64,000 nt of DNA. Origin: Octopus vulgaris. Taxonomy: Eukaryota. The translations under genes were made by a program, and so were the position numbers. Of this stretch, positions 23,812 through 36,123 are shown piece after piece. The notes below the pieces were generated by a model that did not search any database, was not told the DNA's origin, and saw only the letters and a list, made by a program, of their open reading frames with translations. Numbering within the stretch: the first letter of the stretch is position 1; every line of letters begins with the position of its first letter. The stretch is from assembly GCA_951406725.2 (NCBI GenBank), contig OX597817.1, positions 157,914,001 through 157,978,000 on the forward strand. The letters are read 5' to 3'.

Positions 23812-26800
23812 TCCATCATTTTGCAATAGTGATTTTGATTACTTTCAAGGATTATCCTAAAGGTATTTATGTATATGCACAGCATGGCACCTTGGGCAAG
23901 TGTCTTCTCCTATAGCCCTAGGCCAATCAAAACCTTGTGAGTGGATTTGGAGGCAGAAACTGAAATAAGCCCACAGTATGCATTTGTGTGTACTCTTGTC
24001 TAAACATCACAGGATGGTTGTAAATCAGCATCATTATCATATAAAACAGGTTGTTTGCTTCCAGTCTTTTGTGAAAAACATGTCTGGCCTTCGGGAAAAT
24101 ATTACCTTGCTTGGAAGCAGGCGAGGGTTGGTGACAGGAAGGACATCCAGCCATAGAGACTGTCTCAATAAAATTTCGCCTGACTCATGCAAGCATGGAA
24201 AAGTGATTGTTAAACAATGAGGACAATACTGTACTAGTAAGAAGTTGTTTCACTTCAAATGGCTTAATTCAATAGCTATTCAGGATACTCAAGAAAACCC
24301 ATACATCTCAGCAAAAATGAAGTCCTAAAAACATGTTGTTACTGAATTGTGCGCCCTGCAGTCAGTCTGTTTCTGTTCAGACTTACCTACAACTCATCTT
24401 TGTAACATCCATCCCTTCTTCACCCCGCTAAGTACAACACTATATCCTCAGCTGCTGTAATTATGACAATAGAGCTGCACATATTCCAGCTCCTATTTTT
24501 TATTACCAGTGCAGGTGGCACGTAAAAAGCACCCACTACACTCACAGAGTGGTTGGCGTTAGGAAGGGCATCCAGCCGTAGAAACACTGCCAGATCTGAC
24601 TGGGCCTGATGAAGCCTTCCGGCTTCACAGACCCCAGTTGAACCGTCCAACCCATGCTAGCTTGGAAAACGGACGCTAAACGATGATGATGATGATGAGT
24701 TACCACTTCCTTGCCAGTCATCCTGAACACCCTCTTATATCTGCCACCTATATCCCACACCTCTTTCTATAACTCATCCATCCCAACTTGCATCATCTCT
24801 GCTCCACACTTCATAGCTCCATTTTTCATTCATATATGGTTTATCTACTGTTGCTCTCCACCGTCTTTGTGTTACCACCAATCACCTCCTTCCTGACCCA
24901 CAATTTTCCTTATATTCCACAACTGTTCACTGTTCATTTCTATCATCTCTCCCATCTATCACTATTTTCACACTCTCAAACCTACTCACCTAGCCATCTT
25001 CAATTGTTTGTCCATCTTGTGTCTGGGGAGTATACTGACACATAATCTCTCTTCTTTCTTGCAAGACGCGTTTCTGACCCTGAACACCAGGCATAAAGCC
25101 ACCTCTCTCGATACCCCCACCCTGTTAAAGGATCCTGTCTTGCAAATTACCTGGTAACCTTACATGTGCTGGTATCATAAACAAATGAACCCTGTAGTCT
25201 GCAGAATGGTTGGTGTTAAGGGCAACCAGCCATAGAAATGATACCAAAGCAGACACTGAAATGCTAAGCATTGCCAATGATAAACCATGTTAAATTAAAC
25301 AGAAGTTGCATTAAATAGGAATTTGATATCACCATGCTGGTAAATAAGCAACTGAATGTATAACCTGAAAACATTATATGGCTTAAAGTTTCTCTTCAAC
25401 ATCATTATTTAACATTCTCCTATGCTGGCGTGGCTTGGACAGTTTGACAGGAGCTGACAAGTCAGAAGACTGCACCAAGCTCTGCAGTTGGAGGCCCTTC
25501 CTAATGCCAACCACTTTAGAGTGTACTGATGGTTTTTTTCACCTGGTATCGGCAGTAGTGAGGTCACCAAGTCACTTGCAAGACAACTGAGAGGAGGAAT
25601 AGTATTGAGGAAGATGGTTTAGTACCAGGTGACGAGAGGTTAGAGTATGAATAGGACAGAAATAGATATCTTTCAGAAGATATACAATTACCTCAGTTGG
25701 ATGGAGATGATGAGATGTGATGCATAGAGAGGTGGATGTAACAATAAACAAAGGTAGGATAAAGTGAGCAAGTTTGCAAGACTGAAAGGAAAGTGGGAGA
25801 TGAAGAGGAGGGACTAGTGAACGGACAAAAGTAGAAGAAAGGGGTGTTAGGGGGATATATTGTGAGGGAGAGACTTGACAGACACATCAAGCTTGCTCAG
25901 GGACACTAAATTACGAATTCCCTTCTTAGGTATTACAAAGCTATACCAGATCTAAGAATGTAACTTACAATGTAGTAACATTCTAACAATATTTACTTTT
26001 TTAACAGCAGTGGGAGATGGAGCAAAGAACCAGATGTTTCCAGAGGGTTCTATACAATTTTTTTTTTTTTACCTTGGCCTATAAAACTCATTTCTTTGAA
26101 GAGAAAGTATTTCAAGTTATTTAGCGATAACTTTAGCTGTTTACTGCAATCAGGAGCTCAACTTACATTTCTACAAACAAATCAGCTACTTAACTGCAGC
26201 ACCCCACACACCCCTTCCTATGCATCTGACTATACAGTAACAGACTTACCCTTACTCGGTACACATTGTGCTGTAAAAATCTGTTATAAATCCACAAGAC
26301 AACCATTTTAATTTCTTAGAAGAAGAAAAAAAAAAAATCCACTGGGTTCATAATGTTATTTTTAGGCCAAGAGATTTTTTTTATAACTTGCAATATTTAC
26401 ATTTATTAGTTTCTCCCCTAACCACATTTATGATAATATTGAGAACAGTTGATATGAAGTAGATGTGATAAAGTTTGTATGTCTGTCAACAAATGTATGC
26501 TCCAATGGTTCAGAACATGCAGGCTTGAAATAGAGTTACCTTTCCAACTAATGAGAAACACCCACAGAATAGAAAAGATTCAGAATCTGATGTTATTTGC
26601 TTCAGTGAAAATTCAAAATAATTTTAACATAAAAATGAGAACTTGACTGGCCATGAAGAGTTAAAGAAATGCAATATGATGGACTATTGGTTGGAAAGAA
26701 AAGAATTCAGAAGCCAATACTGCAGTCAAGAAGTTGAGTGGTTGAAACAGGAGAGGTGGGTGCTTGAAATAATGAAAACTATTACAGTACAAAGACATTA

Positions 26801-26858
26801 AGTTAAAAGCTTTACAGAAATACAATTACTACACCAATATACACATTGCTAAATGTAT

Positions 26859-27082
26859 ACAATTGCAGCGTTGAAGGTGTTTATAAGCCATTTAAGAAAC
26901 ACAAAAACCGTTAGATTCACTTCGGCATTAAAATTTAATTCGCCAAAATATTTTCGTCGCTTTGAGACCGCGACCTGTTCACTAACAAAAATATTTTGGC
27001 AAATTAAATTTAAATGTTGAAGTGAATCTAACAGTTTTGTGTTTCTTAAATGGCTTATAAACACCTTCCAAGCTGCAATTGT
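26859..27082. mobile_element. Fold-back (long inverted repeat) MITE-like element
   Basis: ~95-bp arms ACAATTGCAGC...GAAGGTGTTTATAAGCCATTTAAGAAACACAAAA... with a reverse-complement match and a ~30-bp spacer. Confidence 0.8.
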
Positions 27083-28801
27083 TTTCGTTCCAGCACACAA
27101 TCTCAGATCAGATCACTTGCTATGCAAGTACATCTCCGTAAATGTATACATATATACTTAAAAATTAGGACTGCACATGAAATATTACCATTCTTGTTCC
27201 TATCTTCAAATGCCATATTTAGGAAGGCCCAAATATCTCTTCCCAGTTAACTCAAGAGTAATTGTTTAACCCTTTAGCATTCAGATTAATCTGCCAAAAG
27301 TAAAGCCTGTTTAATTACATTGTTTTAAATTAATTGCACAGCATTTTGTAATTTTGATGATGACCCTGTATATTTTTAGAATAACTTTGTAGGGTAGGTG
27401 TGAGAGGTCAGAGCATAAAACAGGAAGACTATTTTGGTCTGATATGGCCGGTTTAAACATAGCAATAAATGTTAGTTTTCTACAAAAGTGCTAACACATT
27501 AGTTGGATTCCTATTTTACTAATATCAAAATAATTCATGATAAACCAAAAATAGCAAAAAGGACAAAATGTACTTATGTCTCTATGCTACTATACCTGTT
27601 AAAATTGTCCCATGTCATAAATACTTTCATTATCAAAATAATTAAGAGGGGGTTTTATAAATATGCTTTCAAATGATACTTTCTTCTGTAGCAACACAAC
27701 CATGCATATCTCATTGTAAGAAATGCAGTCACTATCAAAATTTATTTTAAATTAAGAAAATGAATGCAACTCTGATCTCCACAATGTTGACTCCATACCA
27801 CTTTTTACATCCTTCACTGGCCATCTTCTATATTTTGTGCTGATTTGTGAACTTTACCGTTTTATTGTTCTTAATTGTATCAAAATTATTATTACCATAC
27901 ATCATAAAGACACAGCATATAGCTTTTCCGGGTTTTTTTTTCTTTCTGGAATTTCACTGCCCCTCCCACATGCATTAGACAGTACATATGTATATCCCAT
28001 GTACAGATAAATCTTGTACATACATTGCACAAAAACTAATAAAGATTGATGCTTTTCATGCCACCCTACCCGAAATTACTCTCAGCTCTTTTGAAGTGAA
28101 GTAAATTTTAATTATTCCATCAAAACTTCAAGCTACAAAAGGTGGTCCAGAATATGGTTAATAGTCTCAAAAATTTGTCACTAGTCTCTGAATAACGGTT
28201 GAAGCTGTGAACTTAGCATGTTGAGTTTTTCTTTTTATCTTTCTAAAATTAAGTATTTTTCTTACATAAAATTTAAATAGAAAAAAAAAAAAAAACCAAT
28301 CAACACACACTGACTCATTTTCACCTGTCTACAGGATTAACTGCAAATTTCTACAGGAAGACGAGCAACAACAATAAGTATTACATTTTAAAATTATATA
28401 GCTAATCTTCAAATTCTTATTTCTTTTCACTATTTAGCTTACCTGAAATGCTAAAGCAAGAAATATTTTAAGCTCATCGATAAACCCATCTATTCACCAG
28501 GTCCATTGTAAATAGACATCTTGTTCTGAGAGAGTATATCCCTATATGTATTTCCAGTCTATTTCATCAAAGGCAAGCTTTACATATCTTACCTCAATGA
28601 TTTACCAATATTCATCCAGCCTAGGAAAATTTTTGCTATGCATAAGACTGGCAGATTCTTACACTCAAAGAAAGACAGTCATCCAGACACATTTCTCTCC
28701 CTCAAAAGAAACTGGTCCGAATAACATAACAATGTTAGCAAATGAAAATCTCAGATGTAAATGCCAGAAAAAATAAAAATATATATATACAATTCAGTCA
28801 T

Positions 28802-28812
28802 TTTATTTTATT
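28802..28812 (-). terminator. Tandem AATAAA polyadenylation signals of EEF1G
   Basis: Minus strand AATAAAATAAA about 35-45 nt after the stop codon. Confidence 0.7.
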
Positions 28813-28846
28813 ACTTGATTTTTACTTTGACAATGATATATAGTGT

Positions 28847-28999
28847 TTATTTAAATATCTTGCCTTGGTTTACCTTTTTACCACCAAAATCTCCCTCCCA
28901 ACTAAGATATTCATCAACAATTGTCTTTGTTTCCGGACTGTCTGGGTCCAATTTCTTCCAGCTATAGCAATCGTAATCCACCTCCCAATCTGGGGAGAG
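28847..28999 (-). CDS. EEF1G: EEF1G last exon ([19 protein letters not shown]...[17 protein letters not shown])
   Basis: tttcag acceptor, NQGKIFK terminus, TAA. The 11 exons sum to 1272 nt, giving 423 aa plus stop. Confidence 0.97.
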   Translation of the reverse strand, partial: LSPDWEVDYDCYSWKKLDPDSPETKTIVDEYLSWEGDFGGKKVNQGKIFK

Positions 29000-29187
29000 C
29001 TGAAAATAGCAAACAAATATTTCAAGTTATTACAGGTCTATTAAGTAGCTGTCAAAATTTTAACAAAAACAAATCTCCAAATACAATGTACAAATAATAA
29101 TTGCATATAGCATAAGAATAGTTTAGATCAAAATGCTTTACATTACACACAATGCTACAAACAGTATTTAATTACAAGTTCTATTAA

Positions 29188-29402
29188 CCCTTTCGTTACT
29201 GTATTTCTGTTGAGATGCTCTGTGTTTCTTTCAATTACTTTAAATATAACAAAGAATTTAGTAAAAAAAACTTAGTTATCATTTAGCTGGTGTTAGGAAC
29301 ATAAATTGTGACTTAGGTTTGGTAGAAGATTTTAATTCAAAACTTATGAAAACGAGACATTTGTACTCAGAGCCGGTTTCAGCTGGCTTGGTAACGAAAG
29401 GG
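29188..29402. mobile_element. TTAA-flanked MITE (piggyBac-like) in EEF1G intron 10
   Basis: TTAA-CCCTTTCGTTAC...GTAACGAAAGGG-TTAA. Confidence 0.85.
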
Positions 29403-29511
29403 TTAAGAGGCTTTCAAACACCTGATCACCAGTTCACATCAAAGACTAATGCAGAATGGAGCACAGACATGGGTAAAGATAAGAAATACTTAAGAAAATC
29501 AAGTAACTTAC

Positions 29512-29636
29512 ATTAAAAACTAGTTCCTGACCAAGCCAAATCCAAATACCAGAGATAGAATTCTTTGAATCTTCACCAAATATAAGGACACTAGCAAAAC
29601 ATTGTTTATTTAGTTTTTCTAAACGCTGGAACATTC
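29512..29636 (-). CDS. EEF1G: EEF1G exon 10 ([42 protein letters not shown])
   Basis: aaatag acceptor and GTAAGT donor, 125 nt. GMFQRL and SISGxW motifs. Confidence 0.97.
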
Positions 29637-30354
29637 CTATTTAAAAAACAAAAAGTTGAAAGTAAATAGATTATGCATTTATAAAAACAATCCTGAAATG
29701 AGATTTTAATCCACTAAGCACATTTAATAATCACAAACTGGAACAATAGAATTGGGCAATATAGTGTTCTCTTATTAGAGGCTTCATCATGTTTAACCAA
29801 ATAGGATTAATATAGTCACAAATTTATACTGCAACAGCTATATAAGAACAGCTTGATATGCAATGGTTGTAACTCACAATATATCTTGTAATTTAAATCA
29901 GTTTATATGCTCCTACAAAAAAGCAGTTGAAGATCTCGCATTCAATTTCTAAATTAAAATCAAGCTGGCTATAAAAAGGGATAACACATTCGAGTAAACA
30001 GGCTTTATTGAAGCACATAGCATATTTGAATATCTTCCACTGATGCAATGGATATAAACAGGTCAGAAAGTGTTAGCTGGTCCATTGGCAACCTATATTC
30101 AACACTAGTGTACACCAAATGCAATGTAAAATTTTAATCCTCTAGCATTCAGATTACTGATAAATGTAATGCTTACATTATCTTATACCTATGAAATTTT
30201 GCTGTGACCACTTTAAAGAATGACATTGTAAGAGGTAAGTGTGAGAAACTGGACCTGGTCAGTGTGAACATAAAACAGGTGGAACACACGAGCCTGATAA
30301 AGCCAGTTTAAATGCAAATGAGCTAAACAGAAAAAGAGAAGGCAAATATCTCAC

Positions 30355-30527
30355 CTCTGATCAAATTAGCTGACATAAAGATGTAAGTCAACTCAGAATC
30401 ATATTTGTATTCTGAAAGCCAGATGGAATAATGTTGTTTATCAAAATGATCCCAGAAGAATGGAAGGGCAACAGTTTTTGTGTCATTGTTGGAATATGAA
30501 CGCTTGAACTCATCCATGTTGAAGGTC
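30355..30527 (-). CDS. EEF1G: EEF1G exon 9 ([13 protein letters not shown]...[12 protein letters not shown]...FMSANLIR), C-terminal domain
   Basis: tttcag acceptor and GTGAGA donor, 173 nt. DEFKRxYSN motif. Confidence 0.97.
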
Positions 30528-30892
30528 CTGAAATAAAATAAGTAAGAATACAATACCAACAGAGGAATAGTTGTGCTCAATATAGACAAAAGGGGTTAAG
30601 ACAAGGACTTCAATACATTAAAAGAATAAGCAAATGAACAAAGTATTGCAGGACTTACATTACACCAAATGTATAGGTTATTGAAGAAAAATCGAGATTA
30701 TCAAAGACTTAGCACTCAAAATAAAAGTTTAACAGTTTTTTATGCTTCACTTTAGACGAACATTTTCAGGTTAGATAACTTCTCGACTGTAATCTGAATT
30801 AAATACCCATGTTCAAATTGATTCTTTAAATACCCAAGAAATACTTCCGTTAGAAATTTTAGTTGATTAACAGAGTAATAAGATTCTCTTAC

Positions 30893-30972
30893 CCCTTATC
30901 GAGCTTAGCAAACGGATCTTCTCTTTTGACTGGTGGTGGGTCAAACTCATCACCAGATCCTGCTTTCGGTTC
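30893..30972 (-). CDS. EEF1G: EEF1G exon 8, linker end (EPKAGSGDEFDPPPVKREDPFAKLDK)
   Basis: ttttag acceptor and GTAAGA donor, 80 nt. DPFA motif. Confidence 0.92.
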
Positions 30973-31320
30973 CTAAAACAAAAAGTATAATCAGTTATGC
31001 TACTAAAACAAAGTCTTCATTCTGATACATCAAATCATCAAACAGTTGTTACATCAAAATTTCAACACTTTTAGAATACAGGTATTTGTCAAACTGAGCA
31101 TTCATACTCCAATTCTGAACAATTGTTAACAAGAAACCTCAAATACACCTCATTCAACAATCAGAACAGATAATATTTAGAAATTATCCAGCTAACTGTA
31201 CAAAAAATGCCACCCTAAATCTACATCTAAACTGAACATGAACTATCTAAACCATTGGTAAATCAAGGTGGTTTCCTTCCCCAACTACAATCAAAACCAT
31301 GTTGATTCTAATTACATTAA

Positions 31321-31534
31321 CCCTTTCATTACTGTATTTATTTTGAGATACTCTGTATTTCTTTCAATTACTTTAAATATAACAAAGAATTTAGTAAAAT
31401 AGCTTAGTTATCATTAAGCTAGTGTTAGGAACATTAATTGTGACTAAGGTTTGGTGGAAGATTTTAATTCAAAACTTATGAAAACAAGACATTTGTACTC
31501 AGAGCCAGTTTCAGCCAGGTTGGTATCGAAAGGG
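31321..31534. mobile_element. Second copy of the same MITE, in EEF1G intron 7 (a distant relative lies at ~62582-62817)
   Basis: TTAA-CCCTTTCATTAC...GTATCGAAAGGG-TTAA, with an internal sequence matching 29188-29402. Confidence 0.85.
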
Positions 31535-31741
31535 TTAATCACAATTTCATGATTAAATATTGATAAAGAGAAGGGAGACAAGCAAGCTGGCATTTGCAAA
31601 CGAGAGAGAGCACAAACACTTTTACTGCAATAAACGAGCAGTCATTTCCCTTAGAAGCAGTTACTAAATATATGAAAACAAGGAACAACCACTTCAACAG
31701 GTTTACAAGTTTTGAAGAAATGAGGCAAAACGGATATTTAC

Positions 31742-31830
31742 TTTGGGTTTCGGAGGAGCTTTTTCCGCTTTTGGTTGTTTCTCTTTCTTTTCTTTCTTTC
31801 CCTGACCGTGGATTTCTGCATACTTCTTAC
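31742..31830 (-). CDS. EEF1G: EEF1G exon 7, Lys-rich linker (GKKYAEIHGQGKKEKKEKQPKAEKAPPKPK)
   Basis: tatcag acceptor and GTAAAT donor, 89 nt, in frame with both neighbours. Confidence 0.9.
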
Positions 31831-32009
31831 CTGATAAACATTTAGAAAAAAATTGGGAGAACATTAAAACATTTCACAACCAGAACCCATTAATATTCAA
31901 TAATGAGAACGTTCTTTTTAGCTATTGACAGAATAGGAGAAACTAAGGACTAAAAAAAATTGCTACATAGGTTAGTTTTAAAATACTGGCAAATAGAAGC
32001 ATATCTTAC

Positions 32010-32139
32010 CATCAAATTGTGCCATCTTAGTACAGAGAGTTAAAGTCCCAATAACAGATTTCACTTGAGGCTGGTTGATCATGGTAGTAAACCACCTATT
32101 GACATTTATGTAATTTTTACGGAATTCAGGGTCTAGAAC
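32010..32139 (-). CDS. EEF1G: EEF1G exon 6 ([31 protein letters not shown]...CTKMAQFD)
   Basis: ccttag acceptor and GTAAGA donor, 130 nt. NRWFxTxINQP and KMAQFD motifs. Confidence 0.97.
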
Positions 32140-32888
32140 CTAAGGGGAAAAAAAAAGTCAAAATTAAGTATCACTCAGTTAAATTCAACTGGAATAAACA
32201 TTTCACAACTTAAAACCGTGATAGGGAAATTAAAAATATACTGAACACCCTTAGCAATAAACAGTTAATAATTTACTACATTTTAATGTTTTAACATGGA
32301 ATCTAAGCATTCAATCTTGATTTAAACTTCATACAATATAAATGAATATGGATACAGACCTAGTTAGAAAATTAGTATTTCAAAAGTAACATCTCAAAAT
32401 GAACTGCTACATTTCATAATCTGAATAATGTACGTATTATTTTTTAAATATTCATATTTAAGTTTTCCTTCACAGAAATCAAATAAGACTAAAACATGTC
32501 TAGAGTTGTCTCCCATACATAAATTATTAAAATAGCCAAATAATTATATTCCTGATGCTTACAACCTTGTACCATACAACTAAATTCCTCTGAAATAACC
32601 CCTATTTTTTTTTTTCAATAAGGACATATTTCATAATGTAGCCCTGAACACTGTTAAAGAAACAGGACTATTCTGACCGGAATGCATATGATATCAGTTG
32701 ACCTGGCGTTACACAAGCAATGCTCTACACCTATACAATCAGCTACAGCAAAGAAAATAATTAAATCCAGCTCCTTGAAAGCTAATCGACATTTTACCAA
32801 CTGACTAATAAAAACTGATGACGGCTGGCAAACAGGAAGGACACCTGGCCAGTGCACCCAATGGAAAAATAGATCTTAAAACGATAAA

Positions 32889-32992
32889 AATATGTGACTA
32901 AGCAACCGTTAACGAAGTACACTAGATTTCTTTACATTTAAATATGTGACTAAGCAACCGTTAACGAAGTACACTAGATTTCTTTACATTTA
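32889..32992. repeat. Perfect 52-bp tandem duplication in EEF1G intron 5
   Basis: 32889-32940 is identical to 32941-32992. Confidence 0.95.
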
Positions 32993-33072
32993 AAAATGTA
33001 TTATTCCATCAACCATTATTCAGGCACAACATCAATTAGGAGAATGTCATAGCTTATATAACAATTGCTTAC

Positions 33073-33216
33073 CAACTTGTAGAGCTGCAACATATTGCAA
33101 CATACGGTAATATCAGCTTGACTGATTCTTTCACCTACTAAGAATGTACGTGTTTGTAGATGCTGGTTGAGAACAGCCAATACTTTCTTGATTTGTTCCT
33201 TGGCCTTTTCAGTCTC
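33073..33216 (-). CDS. EEF1G: EEF1G exon 5 ([38 protein letters not shown]...LYKL)
   Basis: ttatag acceptor and GTAAGC donor, 144 nt. TRTFLVGER and ADITV motifs. Confidence 0.97.
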
Positions 33217-34853
33217 CTATAAAATAGAAAAAAACATTAATTGTTACAATATTTTTTAATCAATCATAAAGTTCCATAGAAACCTTTACCCCAATGCATA
33301 AAAGGCACCCTCCCTATTATCACCATCATTTAAATGTTTTTCATGATGACGTGGGTTGGATGGTTCAACAGGAGCAAGCAAGTCAAAAAACTGCACCAAG
33401 CTCTGTCTGCTTTGGCATTCTACAGCTAGATACCCTTCTTAATGCCAACCACTTTACAGAATGTACTGAGTACTTTTCACATGGCACCCACGCAGTTACA
33501 AGCTCATCAAACTAGGATGGGTTCTAGTCGTGAGAGAGGTGGATTTGCCTAGTGATGAGACATTCAAGTATGATAGAGGGACAGAAAGGAACAGGTGTCT
33601 TGCTCTAGGCAAAATACATGTTTACTCCCAGTTGGAAAGATTTCTTTCCAAGTACCCTCAAGTAACAGAACAGGATTGAGCAGGATGAAAGGAACTAAAA
33701 TACAATAAATTTATTTATGTAAGTTCAAGATCCTCCAAACCCATGAAATCGAATTTTAAGCTTCTTCATGTTGTTAATTAGTAGAGCAACCAATTTTTTA
33801 ATCAGGACATAACTATCATCTAATTATTTAAGTTATACTTCAAAAAGGTTACTATATCTACAAGTTGCATACCATTCCACCCAAGCCGTGAACCATCTCC
33901 CTCTCTCTCTTTCTCACTGCCTAGAATCAAAAATGAAGTTACAACTACTAAATACACATACAACTTGAACCTTGTATTGTCATGTATTAAATACTCATGT
34001 CAAATTCAAATGAAAACACAGAAGACAGACATGGCTGTATGGTTAAATTTGCTTCTCAATCACAAGGTTTTGGGTTCAGTCTCAAGACGTGACACTTTGG
34101 ACAAGTGTCTGCTACAATAATACCAAACCCTAGTGAGTGGACTTGAAAGATAAAAACTGAAAAAAGCCTAGCATACATCTCCATATATGTGTGTTTGTTT
34201 CCTTGTGAGTGTCACACAATGTCATTCATTTCCATATCCTGCAAAAACATTGCCTGGCCATGGAGAAGTATTTCCTTACATAGAAACAGCTGAGGATTGG
34301 TGACAGAAAGGGCATCAAACCAGAGAAATTTTGTCTCAATAAACTGACCCATGCAAGCATGAAAAAGTGGATGGACATTAAAACAATAAACATCCTGAAA
34401 CTGAAGGTTCACATAAAAATCTCACCCACTGATGTATGATAGGTTTCAGACATTTACATAAATAGCAAGAACTATTATTTTAGAGTTAGCATCATTCAGT
34501 AACCTGAATTAATATATAACAGCCAAATGTTTACAGTAAAAATTAATCTCAAAACCAAATAGTCTCACTCCTTAACTCTTAGCTTTCCCCAAAACACACA
34601 AGTACATTTTTATAAGCTTTTGAGTACTTGGTTTATTAAAATGATTGTACACTGAATCAGACTTGATCCAGAAGAGAGTAAAACATTTGAAACCAGCCAG
34701 GCTACACAGAAATACAAAAAACATTGGACAGGTGATAACCACTAGCATAGCCCCTCAAGTTTCACTGTATTTTATTTAATTTTAAGCAATTATGGGGAAA
34801 TATTAGAAAAACTTCCAGTCATAGAACAATTTTTTCAAGTATTAGTTTCATAC

Positions 34854-34996
34854 CTGCTTGTTGAACTGAATAATGCCAAGACATGGATATACCCATGTGC
34901 AAGATGCAGGCAAGATCTCATTATCAGCAAAGTTGATCCACTGAAGGATACGAGTAGCATCTTCAACAGAAGCACCTCTTAACTGAGCAGATCCCA
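34854..34996 (-). CDS. EEF1G: EEF1G exon 4 (VGSAQLRG...LQWINFADNEILPASCTWVYPCLGIIQFNKQ)
   Basis: ttttag acceptor and GTATGA donor, 143 nt. QWxxFADxxIxP and TWVxPxLGI motifs. Confidence 0.97.
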
Positions 34997-35083
34997 CTAA
35001 AAATAGAGGTTATATACATTATAGATTCATATATAAAACAGAAAATGCAGGGTTCGGGGAATCAACTGAAATATTAAACTTAC

Positions 35084-35147
35084 CAAGATGAGCAATTGCA
35101 TTACTTTCAAAATAGCATTCTCCTGTTGAGGATTCAAAAGCAGGGAC
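35084..35147 (-). CDS. EEF1G: EEF1G exon 3 (VPAFESSTGECYFESNAIAHL)
   Basis: cttcag acceptor and GTAAGT donor, 64 nt. VPAFE and FESNAIA motifs. Confidence 0.97.
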
Positions 35148-36123
35148 CTGAAGAAAAAAATTATATACATGGTAAAACAAGGAGGAAATCATCATCAAAT
35201 TTGTTACTCTGAATAAACATATTATGAAAAATAGATAAGATGGACAACCAATATACATCGACATAAGTTTTTTTTATCCAGTTTTCTTAGGTTCCCATTA
35301 TACTCACGGCATTGGTTTATGGGGCTGCCAGCCACTCAACTCCCTTCAATTTCACTTTGTATCTCGATGGATTTCAGAATTCAATGCCGACAGTCACTGT
35401 TTCTATGTATACTAGAAACTACCCTGCATGTCGGTTGGCGACTTTTTCACAATACCAAAGATCGCTCTCTTTTTTTAAAGAAAAATCTTTTGCTAAAAAA
35501 AATCTTTGGAGGCCATGACAATTGCAGATATTCACCAAGTCATACAATTGGGTTACACTAGTCCTCAGGGAAGATATTCATTATTTTCTCAGACTGGGCA
35601 AGTTTTATGTATATCAATGTAATTCTTATTTGAGAAAGAAATTTTGTGAAAATGCTAACCATTTGCAAGGTATATTTTTCAATCACTTTTAAGGACAGTT
35701 ATTCCATACTGGACTTTAGCGAAATGGCAATTCCTAGAATTCTAGGAATAGTAACATACAACATACTAATTGATCAACGTCACACAAATACGTATCAGTT
35801 CTAAAATAGTTCTTGGTCGACTACGAAGACGAAATAAAGCCATGACTGGGCACAATTCGTTGAACAAGAAAGAACAATGACGTGTAACAAGAGCAAAGAA
35901 TCAATGAAGAACTGTAATCTTCTCAATGACTTCTTTTCGCAATTCGATTACACCCATGTATAGGCAAATTTACATAGATACATACATATATATATATACA
36001 CACACACACATATACATATTATACCCGAACACACTGAAAATTTGCTGATGTTATGGACTGAATGTTATTACAAAAATAAGTTTCCCCGAATATGTCTAAA
36101 GGTGTAAAAAAATATATATATAC

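Noticed and set aside
29640-29790. Box C (ATGATGA) in EEF1G intron 9
   Set aside because: No box D between it and the acceptor.
30991-31041. C/D snoRNA (TGATGA...CTGA) in EEF1G intron 7
   Set aside because: Only ~50 nt, no terminal stem, and the CTGA is 18 nt from the acceptor, so it is more likely the branch-point region.
32638-32680. RNase P/MRP CR-V-like TTCAGGGCTAC
   Set aside because: Its complement lies only ~25 nt upstream and no CR-I to CR-IV layout is present.
35290-35600. Telomerase RNA or SRP RNA (TAACCCAA, U/A tracts, GAGTTG segment)
   Set aside because: No CCCTAA template, no SRP helix-8 motif and no terminal ACA at the expected place.
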